NCBI GenBank assembly: GCA_019658995.1
Contig: JAIFWN010000003.1
Location: 2,436 to 66,435, forward strand
DNA: 64,000 bases
Reading direction: 5' to 3'
DNA from: Candidatus Parcubacteria bacterium
GTDB taxonomy: Bacteria > Patescibacteriota > Minisyncoccia > Phycocordibacterales > Zambryskibacteraceae
Both the position numbers and the translations under genes were made by a program. The notes beneath the pieces are model-generated. The model saw only the letters and a program-made list of their open reading frames with translations. It searched no databases and was not told where the DNA came from. Shown piece after piece: positions 56,077-64,000 of this stretch. The first letter of the stretch is position 1. Each line of letters opens with the position of its first letter.

Positions 56077-57018
56077 TCTTTCAATCCCTTCTCGCGTAAG
56101 GAGACCTTTCTGAGCGCCGACTTGCTGTACGACTGACATAGAGTTAACTGCGCCCCAGGAGAGTGCCGTGAGTAGATCGTGACCAAGTGCCAAGGCTGCG
56201 ACGGTAGTGGATGCGAAGGCATCGCCGGCGCCGGTGCGCTCGAGCGGGGGTTTGGTATCCGGGAACGGCTTTTGGGAAATGACCTCTCTGCCATCATATG
56301 CATAAGCACCACTGGGTCCGTCCGTAAGTACCACAATCTTTGGTCCGAGTTCCCGCATGCGCTTGAGCAGTTCTTCCTTGCCTAGAGTGTTTATTCCTAA
56401 AATCTTCTCGGCCTCGGCTATATTGCAAAAAAAGATGGCTGTCCGTGCATAAACCTCTTTCAACTCCCTGCCCATGTTTATTTGGAAAGTGCCGGGCTGG
56501 AAAGCGAGCGAGGTCTCCGGATGCCTGTTCAAATACTCGACAATTTGTCTGTGGTAGTCGAGAGTGTCCTCACCCAGAGAAGAGAGATAAAGCCATTTCG
56601 GCGGCGCAAACTCCGGCAGTTTGTATTCATAAGCCTCGTGCTTCACGAGTATGGTGCGGTCATCCTCATACCAGAGCACATAATGGTGATTCGTGGTGTG
56701 TCCAGCATGAGTCTTTACTAATCCTACATCTACTTTGTTTGACTCAAGGGCCGCCAAGCACTCCTTGCCGAGTGCATCATCACCTAAATCAGCTATAAGG
56801 GCCGATGAAAGCCCTAAGCGGGCGGCCGAGACGGCGGCATTGGGGCTGTTGCCTACCGCATAAACATCCTCCGCAGAATCGAAGGGAATCTTTTCGCCGA
56901 ATGGCATTGTGATTGTGCATTTTTCCCTATCAATATCGCAGTGCACACTCGCATCCTTGAGCCTAATGAAAGTGTCTGTAACGATGTCGCCTATAGCCAC
57001 AAAATCGTGCATTTGCAT
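56065..57018 (-). CDS. PfkB-family sugar/nucleoside kinase
   Basis: Ribokinase-like fold with C-terminal GAGDAF motif (TGAGDAFAST) and N-terminal GD box (IGDIVTD). Start taken at MQMHDF. Confidence 0.7.
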   Translation of the reverse strand: MQMHDFVAIGDIVTDTFIRLKDASVHCDIDREKCTITMPFGEKIPFDSAEDVYAVGNSPNAAVSAARLGLSSALIADLGDDALGKECLAALESNKVDVGLVKTHAGHTTNHHYVLWYEDDRTILVKHEAYEYKLPEFAPPKWLYLSSLGEDTLDYHRQIVEYLNRHPETSLAFQPGTFQINMGRELKEVYARTAIFFCNIAEAEKILGINTLGKEELLKRMRELGPKIVVLTDGPSGAYAYDGREVISQKPFPDTKPPLERTGAGDAFASTTVAALALGHDLLTALSWGAVNSMSVVQQVGAQKGLLTREGIERLLK

Positions 57019-57059
57019 AATTCTAACACGTCTAACTCTGCCGTGGTAAAATAGTACCA

Positions 57060-57908
57060 ATGAAAACGCTTAAGGAGGCTGTTGCGGAAGCGGCAGAAAA
57101 AATGGTTGCCATAGGCCACTTCAACGTATCGGATTCCGAGGGCTTTAACGCAGTGGTGGAGTCGGCCAAGGAACTCGGAGTACCGGTTATCATAGGAGTG
57201 TCAGAAAAGGAGAGGTCTTTCCTTGGTGTAGCCGAGATACGCGCGCTTGTTTCGGTAGAGCAGGGTAAGGGGTTACCCGTGTACCTTAATGCCGACCATA
57301 CTTACTCGGTCGAGGCTTCAAAGGAAGCTGAAGATAACAAATTCGATTCCGTCATTATCGACGGAGCCGAGAAACCTTTCTTTGAGAATGTAATGATGAC
57401 TAAGGAGGTGGTCAACTACGCCAAAGGAGAGAATCCGGAGATCTTGGTCGAAGGCGAACTCGGCTTCATCGGCTCTGGTTCCATGCTGCGCGATGAGATA
57501 CCAGAGGGAGTCTCGGAAGAGACTCAGACAAGTGCCGAAGATGCCGCGAAATTTGTAGAAGAGACGTGTGTGGACCTCTTTGCCCCATCGGTCGGCAATA
57601 TTCACGGACTTATAAAAAGCGGCGAGCCGAAGCTGAATATTAAGAGGATAAAGGAGATTGCCAAGGTGGTAAACGTACCACTGGTACTCCACGGAGCTTC
57701 TGGTAATACCGACGAAGATATAGCACAGGCTATTGAGGCAGGCATCCGCATAGTCCACATCAATACCGAGCTCCGCCAGGCATACAAAAAAGGCATCAAG
57801 AAAGGCTTGAGCTCCGACGAACTGGCCCCTTACAAATTCATGGCTGAAGGTGTGGAAGAGATGAAGAAGATCGTGACAGCCAAACTAAAACTTTTCAACA
57901 AATTGTGA
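57060..57908 (+). CDS. fba: Class II fructose-1,6-bisphosphate aldolase family
   Basis: Zn-ligand His (LNADHT, VLHGASG) and TIM-barrel landmarks (IGHFNV ... GELGFIGSG). Confidence 0.8.
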   Translation: MKTLKEAVAEAAEKMVAIGHFNVSDSEGFNAVVESAKELGVPVIIGVSEKERSFLGVAEIRALVSVEQGKGLPVYLNADHTYSVEASKEAEDNKFDSVIIDGAEKPFFENVMMTKEVVNYAKGENPEILVEGELGFIGSGSMLRDEIPEGVSEETQTSAEDAAKFVEETCVDLFAPSVGNIHGLIKSGEPKLNIKRIKEIAKVVNVPLVLHGASGNTDEDIAQAIEAGIRIVHINTELRQAYKKGIKKGLSSDELAPYKFMAEGVEEMKKIVTAKLKLFNKL

Positions 57909-59500
57909 AAGAGGAGATAAAAAAGTTTTTTAGAGGAGAAGCTTTGGATGACGAGGCGACACTCAAGCTTTACAGCAAAGACGCGTCGCTGTTTATGGTG
58001 AGGCCGAGGCTCGTGGTGTATCCCAAGAACCCGGAAGATCTGCAAAATTTGGTGAAATGGGTGGGGGAGAACAAGAGCAAGGATCCGACGCTTTCTGTCA
58101 CTGTTCGCGCCGCCGGCTCATGCATGTCGGGCGGCCCACTCAACGAGTCAATAATCGCCGATGTGACCAAGCATATGAATATGGTCGGAGAGATAAGGGA
58201 AGAGGGAACAGCAGTACAGCCGGGTTTATTCTACAGGGATTTTGAAAAACGAACTCTCGAAAGGGGTCTGATATTGCCCTGCTACACTGCATCGAAGAAT
58301 CTCTGCGCGTTGGGCGGCATGATTAGCAACAACTCCGGAGGCGAGAAGACGCTCCGCTACGGCAAGATGGAAAATTTTGTGACGGAGTCAAAAGTTATTT
58401 TTGCCGATGGCAACGAATACACCGTAAAGCCCCTCACCAAGCAGGAGTTGGGCCGCAAGATGGCTGATGGCGGTTTCGAAGGCGAGCTTTATGAGAAGCT
58501 CTACCAACTTATAGAGCAGAACAAGGAAGTGATAGAGAAAGCCAGACCGAATGTATCAAAAAATTCCGCCGGTTACTATCTCTGGAATATCTGGGATGGC
58601 AAAACTTTCGACCTGAACAAATTACTCGTCGGTTCCCAGGGCACTCTCGGCATAGTTACGGAGGCTAAGGTCAAACTTGTGCCGGTCGAACCGGTGTCGA
58701 GGCTTTTCGTCATCTTCCTCAAAGACTTGTCGCCACTCGCAGATGTAGTGAATGAGATATTGCCGACCGCTCCTGAGTCCATAGAGTGCTATGATGACGC
58801 GTCTATCAAGCTGGCAGTCAGATTTCTGCCGAAATTTATCCTGCGCTTTATCCCCGAGGCTCTGATGATCCTTCGCGGAGGAGTGCCCAAGCTAGTTCTC
58901 CTCGTCGAGTATACCGGGAAGACCGAGGAAGAGGTCTTGAAGAAGCTCGATATATTGAAAGATAAGATGAAGCATTTCGATCTGCCGACTCACAGAGTCG
59001 ACTCGGCCCGCGAATCCGAGAAGTATTGGACTATCCGCCGTGAGAGTTTTAATCTCCTGAGAAAGCATGTGAGGAACGCCCGCACAGCCCCATTTGTGGA
59101 CGATGTGGTGATCAGGCCTGGGGACATGCCCGCCTTCCTACCATCGATGAGGAAGATTCTGGATGACTACAAACTCACGTATTCGCTCGCGGGACACGCA
59201 GGTAATGGCAATTTCCATGTCATACCCCTCATGGACATGCGCAATAAGAAAAACATACAAACTATTAGGGAAGTGGGTGAGAAGATTTATGATCTCGTGG
59301 GAAAGTTCCACGGCTCGATCACTGGCGAGCACAACGACGGCATAGTCCGCACTCCGTACTTGGGTAAAATGTACTCGCCGGAAATCTTAGATCTCTTTCG
59401 GCAAACCAAAGAAATATTCGATCCCCAAAATGTTTTTAATCCCGGTAAAAAAGTCGGTGGCACTATCGACTATCTTACCTCGCACATAGCTATTGAATAA
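57905..59500 (+). CDS. FAD-linked oxidase (GlcD / D-lactate dehydrogenase-like)
   Basis: PCMH-type FAD-binding N-domain (VVYPKNPEDLQNLVKW ... RAAGSCMSGG) and C-terminal FAD-oxidase domain ending GEHNDG ... NPGK. Confidence 0.75.
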   Translation: MKEEIKKFFRGEALDDEATLKLYSKDASLFMVRPRLVVYPKNPEDLQNLVKWVGENKSKDPTLSVTVRAAGSCMSGGPLNESIIADVTKHMNMVGEIREEGTAVQPGLFYRDFEKRTLERGLILPCYTASKNLCALGGMISNNSGGEKTLRYGKMENFVTESKVIFADGNEYTVKPLTKQELGRKMADGGFEGELYEKLYQLIEQNKEVIEKARPNVSKNSAGYYLWNIWDGKTFDLNKLLVGSQGTLGIVTEAKVKLVPVEPVSRLFVIFLKDLSPLADVVNEILPTAPESIECYDDASIKLAVRFLPKFILRFIPEALMILRGGVPKLVLLVEYTGKTEEEVLKKLDILKDKMKHFDLPTHRVDSARESEKYWTIRRESFNLLRKHVRNARTAPFVDDVVIRPGDMPAFLPSMRKILDDYKLTYSLAGHAGNGNFHVIPLMDMRNKKNIQTIREVGEKIYDLVGKFHGSITGEHNDGIVRTPYLGKMYSPEILDLFRQTKEIFDPQNVFNPGKKVGGTIDYLTSHIAIE

Positions 59501-59509
59501 AAAGGCCCG

Positions 59510-59725
59510 CTATTTGTGCGGGTCGTCAAGTAGGATTGATGGGTTTTCAAGCTCGTTGAGAAGTCGGGTATCGTGTGCGATGGTCTGGCGGAGCGTTTGT
59601 TCATGAGGGGGCGCAATTTTCGGCTCCTGAAGGCGCTTGGTGTTCTTACTAATTGCATTTTTTAGTTTCTCTTTCCTATTTTCATAAGCGGATATGACAT
59701 CAGTGCAGTCCATCTTTACCTCCAA
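59510..59725 (-). CDS. Small hypothetical protein (71 aa)
   Basis: Hydrophilic ORF; a minus-strand hairpin plus T-run terminator overlaps its stop. Confidence 0.3.
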   Translation of the reverse strand: MEVKMDCTDVISAYENRKEKLKNAISKNTKRLQEPKIAPPHEQTLRQTIAHDTRLLNELENPSILLDDPHK

Positions 59726-59783
59726 AGAGCGCTGTCTTAGGCCATTGTTCCATCTTGATTAAAGGTCGTCAATAGGCTAAGAT

Positions 59784-60464
59784 GTGGAAATGCTCTCCCT
59801 CAAGGCTGAGATCAGAGACACAAAGGTCAAACCGGACGAAATCCGCAAAGCGGGGAAGATTCCCGCTGTTTTCTATGGCAAAAAGGAGCCTAGTACTCCT
59901 GTTGCCATAAAGAAGACCGACTTCCTCAAAGTATGGAAGGAGGCTGGAGAATCGTCCGTAATCTCGCTTGAGACTCCTGAGGGTGCCGTGGAGAGCCTCA
60001 TACACGAAATAGATTTTGATCCCGTCACCGGAAGTCCTCGTCATGCTGACTTCTATGTGTTCGAGAAGGGTCATAAAGTTAAGGTTGAAGTGCCTATCGA
60101 GTTCACCGGTGTTTCCGCCGCGGTCAAGGATATGGGCGGCATATTGGTCAAGGTCATGCATGCGCTCAAAATCGAGGCCATGCCCAAAGACCTGCCGCAC
60201 AATATCGCCATCGATATAACCCCGCTTGTTTCCTTCGAAAGCCAGATACTGGCAAAGGATGTGGTGATACCGGAAGGCGTAACTCTCCTTGAAAATCCCG
60301 AGGAAGTGGTAGCGCTGGTCAATGCCCCTCGTGAAGAAAAAGAGGAGGAAGCGGCTCCTATAGATCTTTCGGCAATCGAGGTGGAGAAGAAGGGCAAGGA
60401 AGAGACTGATGAAACGGCTGCCGAGGGCGAAGTGCCTGTCAAAGACGCTAAGGAATCCAAATAA
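59784..60464 (+). CDS. rplY: Ribosomal protein L25 / general stress protein Ctc
   Basis: L25 N-domain (GKIPAVFYGK) plus Ctc-type beta-barrel extension and an acidic tail. Confidence 0.8.
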   Translation: MEMLSLKAEIRDTKVKPDEIRKAGKIPAVFYGKKEPSTPVAIKKTDFLKVWKEAGESSVISLETPEGAVESLIHEIDFDPVTGSPRHADFYVFEKGHKVKVEVPIEFTGVSAAVKDMGGILVKVMHALKIEAMPKDLPHNIAIDITPLVSFESQILAKDVVIPEGVTLLENPEEVVALVNAPREEKEEEAAPIDLSAIEVEKKGKEETDETAAEGEVPVKDAKESK

Positions 60465-60491
60465 ATTCGCCGCGCGGGCGGCATTATAATA

Positions 60492-61883
60492 ATGAACTTT
60501 CGACGTCAGTTTATCGTATTCTATCTGTGCTTCTCGGTAATTTCGGCTTCGGCTGTGCCATTTTTCATAAACCCGGTCTCTGCTCAGACTGATCCATGTA
60601 ATACGAATATCGCCGGTAAGTCTAATGCCGAACTTCAGCGTGATCTGGATGCTTGTAATGCTGAGATAGAGAAGTGGACAGAGGTCTTGAACAATACCAA
60701 GAAGAATACCGCTTCGTACGCTACAGAAGTGGCCAAGCTGACTGCCAGGATCAATGCCGCTCAGGCTACCATCAAGGGCAAGACTATCGCTATCGCTAAT
60801 CTCAACTCCAATATTTCCAAAAAGCAGGGTGAGATCAGCCAGCTTGAGAGCAAGATTGATCAGGATATAGAGCACATTGCCGAATTGGTCAGAAAGACCA
60901 ACCAAATTGATTCTTTCTCCGTAGCTGAAGCTATTCTTTCGGAAAAATCTTTCTCGGATTTCTTTGTCGATATCGACTTGTACACATCTACCCGAAGCTC
61001 TCTCATAGCGCTGGTTGATAGTCTCCGCGGTGTGAAATCTGAAACGGAGACTCAGAAAGCCGAACTGGCCAAGCAGCGGGATGCCGAGGCCGAAGCCAAG
61101 GCTGTGATTGAAGCCAATAAGAAAAAGGTCGAGCAGAGCCAGGCTGAGCAGAAAACTCTCCTTACCCAGAGCCAGAATCAGGAGAAGGCCTACGGCCAGC
61201 TCCTTGCCGAAAAGCAGGCCAGGGCTGCGGCTATACGCACAGCACTCTTCGGTCTCCGTGACTCCGCGGCCATACCATTCGGCACTGCGCTTCAGTATGC
61301 CCAAGCTGCAAGTCAGAAGACTGGTGTGCGCCCGGCGCTCATCCTGGGTATACTCCAGCAGGAGTCCAATCTTGGACAAAATGTCGGTACCTGTGTCATA
61401 ACCAACCTATCTTCAGGAGAGACCCGTAACGTCAACACGGGCAGGGTATTCCCGAACGGCATACATCCTACGCGCGACTTGCCTCTTCTCCAGACGCTTC
61501 TCTCGGAGCTTGGGGGCGATCCCCTGAACACTAAGGTATCGTGTCCACTCTCGATCGGCTATGGCGGAGCCATGGGTCCGGCGCAGTTCATTCCATCCAC
61601 ATGGAATCTCATGAAGAACCGTATCGCAGCGGCTACTGGAAAATCTGTCCCAGATCCCTGGAATCCTTCGGACGCTATTATGGCCATGGCGCTCTTCCTC
61701 AAAGACCTGGGTGCGGCCTCGGGCTCGTTTACCAACGAACGCACGGCTGCTTGCCGATATTATTCCGGTAAAAACTGCTATGGTGCGAGCGGCGCACCGA
61801 ATTCCGGCCTTTCCTATGGCAATAGCGTCATGAACAGGGCGGCAACCATACAAGCCAATATCGACCTGTTGCAGGATGTCTAA
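60492..61883 (+). CDS. Secreted coiled-coil protein with C-terminal lytic-transglycosylase (SLT/lysozyme-like) domain
   Basis: Signal peptide, ~230-aa coiled coil, then SLT-like catalytic region (ILQQESNLGQN ... GAMGPAQFIPSTW). Confidence 0.55.
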   Translation: MNFRRQFIVFYLCFSVISASAVPFFINPVSAQTDPCNTNIAGKSNAELQRDLDACNAEIEKWTEVLNNTKKNTASYATEVAKLTARINAAQATIKGKTIAIANLNSNISKKQGEISQLESKIDQDIEHIAELVRKTNQIDSFSVAEAILSEKSFSDFFVDIDLYTSTRSSLIALVDSLRGVKSETETQKAELAKQRDAEAEAKAVIEANKKKVEQSQAEQKTLLTQSQNQEKAYGQLLAEKQARAAAIRTALFGLRDSAAIPFGTALQYAQAASQKTGVRPALILGILQQESNLGQNVGTCVITNLSSGETRNVNTGRVFPNGIHPTRDLPLLQTLLSELGGDPLNTKVSCPLSIGYGGAMGPAQFIPSTWNLMKNRIAAATGKSVPDPWNPSDAIMAMALFLKDLGAASGSFTNERTAACRYYSGKNCYGASGAPNSGLSYGNSVMNRAATIQANIDLLQDV

Positions 61884-61910
61884 AATACTGGTACAGTAGC
61901 CGAGCATATA

Positions 61911-62168
61911 ATGAAGAAAGAAATACACGCCAAAGAATACAGACCGGTCCTCTTCAAGGATAACGGCAACGGCATGGAATATATCATTCCTTCGACCGTC
62001 GCCACCAAGGAAGAAGCTAAGGCAAAGGATGGTAAAACTTATCCGCTTTTCCGCGTGGAAATCTCTTCATCTTCACATCCTTTTTATACGGGGCAGGAAA
62101 AGGTTCTTGACTCCGCAGGCCGCGTAGAACGCTTCAAGCAGAAGCAGGCTAAGGCTAAGAAAAAGTAG
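61911..62168 (+). CDS. rpmE: Ribosomal protein L31 (type B, zinc-independent)
   Basis: HPFYTGQ motif and Lys-rich C-terminus; no CxxC pair. Confidence 0.8.
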   Translation: MKKEIHAKEYRPVLFKDNGNGMEYIIPSTVATKEEAKAKDGKTYPLFRVEISSSSHPFYTGQEKVLDSAGRVERFKQKQAKAKKK

Positions 62169-62171
62169 ATT

Positions 62172-63053
62172 TTGGAATTTGACATAGAAAAATACAAAGC
62201 GAACCCAAAGACGGCTTATATGGCCAAGGCGTATTTGGAAGTGCCCGACCAGGAGTCGAAACAGATGATCCTCGAAGAGATGGATAGGATTCTCAGCACC
62301 GACGTGCCGGAAAATGAGGAATTCCCAAACGAGATAATCCTCGAAGTCCGTGCCGGGGCGGGTGGAGAAGAGGCGGCCCTCTTCGCCAAGGAGCTTGCGG
62401 ATATGTATATATCTTACGCGAAGCTGGCGGGATGGAGCGTGGCGGTAGTGGACGAGTCGTTCTCAAGTGTCGGCGGCTACAAGGAAGCCTCTTTTGAGAT
62501 CCGCGGCATTGATGTATATAAAAAGCTCCGCTTCGAGACCGGGGTGCATCGCATTCAGCGGGTGCCTGATACAGAGAAAACAGGCAGGGTTCATACCTCT
62601 ACCGCTTCTGTGGCCATTCTGCCAGTGCGAAAAAAGACAACTATAGAAATAAAACCTTCAGACATAGAGATCGAGACCTCGCGCTCGGGCGGAGCCGGCG
62701 GACAGAACGTCAACAAGGTCGAGACCGCCGTGCGTATCGTCCATAAGCCTACCGGCATAGATGTGCGTTCAACCTCGCAGAGAAACCAGCTCAAGAATAA
62801 AGAGATGGCCATGTCTATCCTTGTGGCCAAGCTCCAGGCAAAGAAAGATGAGGAGGAAGCCGCCAAGTACTCGGCGGACCGCAAATCCCAGATTGGCACA
62901 GCCGACCGCTCGGAGAAGATCCGCACCTATAATATCCTTCAGGACCGCATCACCGATCATCGTATAAACGTCAGCTGGCACAATATCCAAAAGATCTTCC
63001 AGGGCTATATGGAGCCGATAGTTGAGGCTCTTGAAAAGGCGGCAACAGTCTGA
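62172..63053 (+). CDS. prfA: Peptide chain release factor 1, short form (293 aa)
   Basis: PxT tripeptide region ([14 protein letters not shown]), GGQ ([10 protein letters not shown]), conserved [12 protein letters not shown] start 4 nt after the rpmE stop. Confidence 0.85.
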   Translation: MEFDIEKYKANPKTAYMAKAYLEVPDQESKQMILEEMDRILSTDVPENEEFPNEIILEVRAGAGGEEAALFAKELADMYISYAKLAGWSVAVVDESFSSVGGYKEASFEIRGIDVYKKLRFETGVHRIQRVPDTEKTGRVHTSTASVAILPVRKKTTIEIKPSDIEIETSRSGGAGGQNVNKVETAVRIVHKPTGIDVRSTSQRNQLKNKEMAMSILVAKLQAKKDEEEAAKYSADRKSQIGTADRSEKIRTYNILQDRITDHRINVSWHNIQKIFQGYMEPIVEALEKAATV

Positions 63054-63076
63054 TAATATCAACACCGCACTAGAAA

Positions 63077-63808
63077 ATGCCAACCAAGGGACAAAACACG
63101 GGTCTGATCGATGAGCTCTTCGCCGCGGGAGCTCATTTCGGCTTTGTTAAGGCCCGCCGCCATCCATCAGCCATACCATTCATCTTCGGACAGAAGGATA
63201 AGGTCGAGATTTTCGACCTTGAGAAGACTTCCGAGGAACTCCTCAAGGCCTTGAAGTTCATAGAGGAAAAGGGCAATGAGAATGCCGTTCTTCTCTTAGT
63301 CGGCGGTAAGTCCGAGGCCCGAGAAGCTGTTAAGGAAACCGGAAAGGAGCTCGGGATGCCGTTCGTCAGCGGACGCTGGATCGGCGGCACTCTCACCAAC
63401 TGGCCTGAAATCAAGAAGCGCATAGCTAAGCTCGAAGACCTGACTACTAAGCGCGAAAGAGGCGAGCTCGGCAAATATACAAAGAAGGAGCGTCTCCTGA
63501 TTGATCGCGAGATAGACAAGCTCTCACTATACTTCAGCGGCTTATCGAAAATGATCGCACTTCCTAAACTCCTAGTGGTGGTTGACCCCAAGAAGGAGCA
63601 TATCGCAGTCTCCGAGGCCAAACGTATGAATATCCCGGTCGTCGCCATAGCCGGTACCGACACCAATCTCTATGATGTTAATTATGCTATACCGGCCAAT
63701 GATGCTTCAAGGTCTTCCATAGCTCTCATACTGAAGAAAATTGCTGAGGCTTACAGAACCGGTGTATCAAACCAGAAGAAGAACGAACCGGTGCCAGAAG
63801 CAAAGTAA
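63077..63808 (+). CDS. rpsB: Ribosomal protein S2
   Basis: AGAHFGF, RWIGGTLTNW, VVVDPKKEHIAV. Confidence 0.9.
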   Translation: MPTKGQNTGLIDELFAAGAHFGFVKARRHPSAIPFIFGQKDKVEIFDLEKTSEELLKALKFIEEKGNENAVLLLVGGKSEAREAVKETGKELGMPFVSGRWIGGTLTNWPEIKKRIAKLEDLTTKRERGELGKYTKKERLLIDREIDKLSLYFSGLSKMIALPKLLVVVDPKKEHIAVSEAKRMNIPVVAIAGTDTNLYDVNYAIPANDASRSSIALILKKIAEAYRTGVSNQKKNEPVPEAK

Positions 63809-63819
63809 GAGACCTGGTA

Positions 63820-64000
63820 CAATTTACATATGGCAGAAATAACTACAGCCGATATCAAGGCCCTTCGCGACGAAACCGGTCTTTCCATTGGCGAGGTGAG
63901 GAAAGCGCTCAATGAGGCCGGGGGAGATAAATCCAAAGCTCTCGAGGTTTTGAAAAATAAGAGCGTTGAAGCGGCGGCTAAGAAGGCTGACCGGACCCTC
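63820..64000 (+). CDS. tsf: Elongation factor Ts, 3'-partial at window edge
   Basis: N-terminal UBA-like dimerisation segment (ITTADIKALRDETGLSIGEVRKALNEAGGDKSKALEVL). Gene order rpsB-tsf. Confidence 0.8.

Noticed and set aside
59769-61379. 536-aa minus-strand ORF spanning rplY and the SLT/coiled-coil gene.
   Set aside because: It is antisense to two well-supported plus-strand genes (L25/Ctc has clear family motifs) and has low-complexity composition, so it is an open-frame artefact.

Overview
This 64-kb window reads as one bacterial chromosomal segment with no mobile-element, prophage or CRISPR genes. Compact genes, many secreted or membrane proteins, a split transketolase, N-terminally shortened RF1 and RF2 and very large surface-protein genes point to a small-genome, probably Patescibacteria/CPR-like organism; that placement is inference from gene content only.

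Housekeeping content:
- 5'-partial endonuclease V, two tRNA-Thr, prfB, ftsEX and an ABC-2 exporter pair.
- Cupredoxin, an unannotated 50-aa lmo0937-type membrane protein, a ClpP-like peptidase and a KGG stress protein.
- M23 peptidase, tRNA-Gln, a GH18 enzyme and an M3 oligoendopeptidase.
- msrA, an MFS transporter, RNase J, an orphan family-5 solute-binding protein, secG, groES and groEL.
- LemA, a TPM-domain protein, a GGDEF protein, NUDIX, tRNA-Ser, GNAT and PEBP.
- msrB, an RRM RNA-binding protein behind a perfect sigma70 promoter, DUF192 and class Ia RNR nrdAB.
- A sugar-phosphate cluster: gap, rpiB, rpe, split tkt, a PfkB kinase, class II fba and an FAD oxidase.
- rplY, a coiled-coil/SLT transglycosylase, rpmE, prfA, rpsB and 5'-partial tsf.

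The centre of the window (27.2-45.7 kb) is the unusual part. Two same-strand ORFs of 2747 and 1873 aa together make one giant surface-protein gene of about 4,600 codons (27212..41061). The ORF break sits inside a recently duplicated ~420-bp repeat unit, so it is either a real frameshift or a repeat mis-join. The protein consists of:
- an N-terminal hydrophobic anchor;
- about 8 kb of diverged 40-45-codon repeats rich in Thr, Asn and Ser, with very dense N-x-T/S motifs;
- three copies of a Cys-pair/DVDWxFFNNTG module;
- about 12 Kelch-like beta-propeller blades;
- a C-terminal globular region and a Pro/Thr-rich tail.

Immediately downstream lie two small secreted proteins, a surface protein ending in a dockerin-type tandem calcium-binding repeat (with a (GGN)20 poly-Gly linker), and two membrane-anchored proteins with cohesin-like N-terminal domains. 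Together these look like a cohesin-dockerin cell-surface assembly locus next to a giant adhesin or fibre gene, which I propose as a candidate attachment apparatus.

Most long antisense ORFs in the supplied track mirror the repeat array or well-conserved genes and are rejected.
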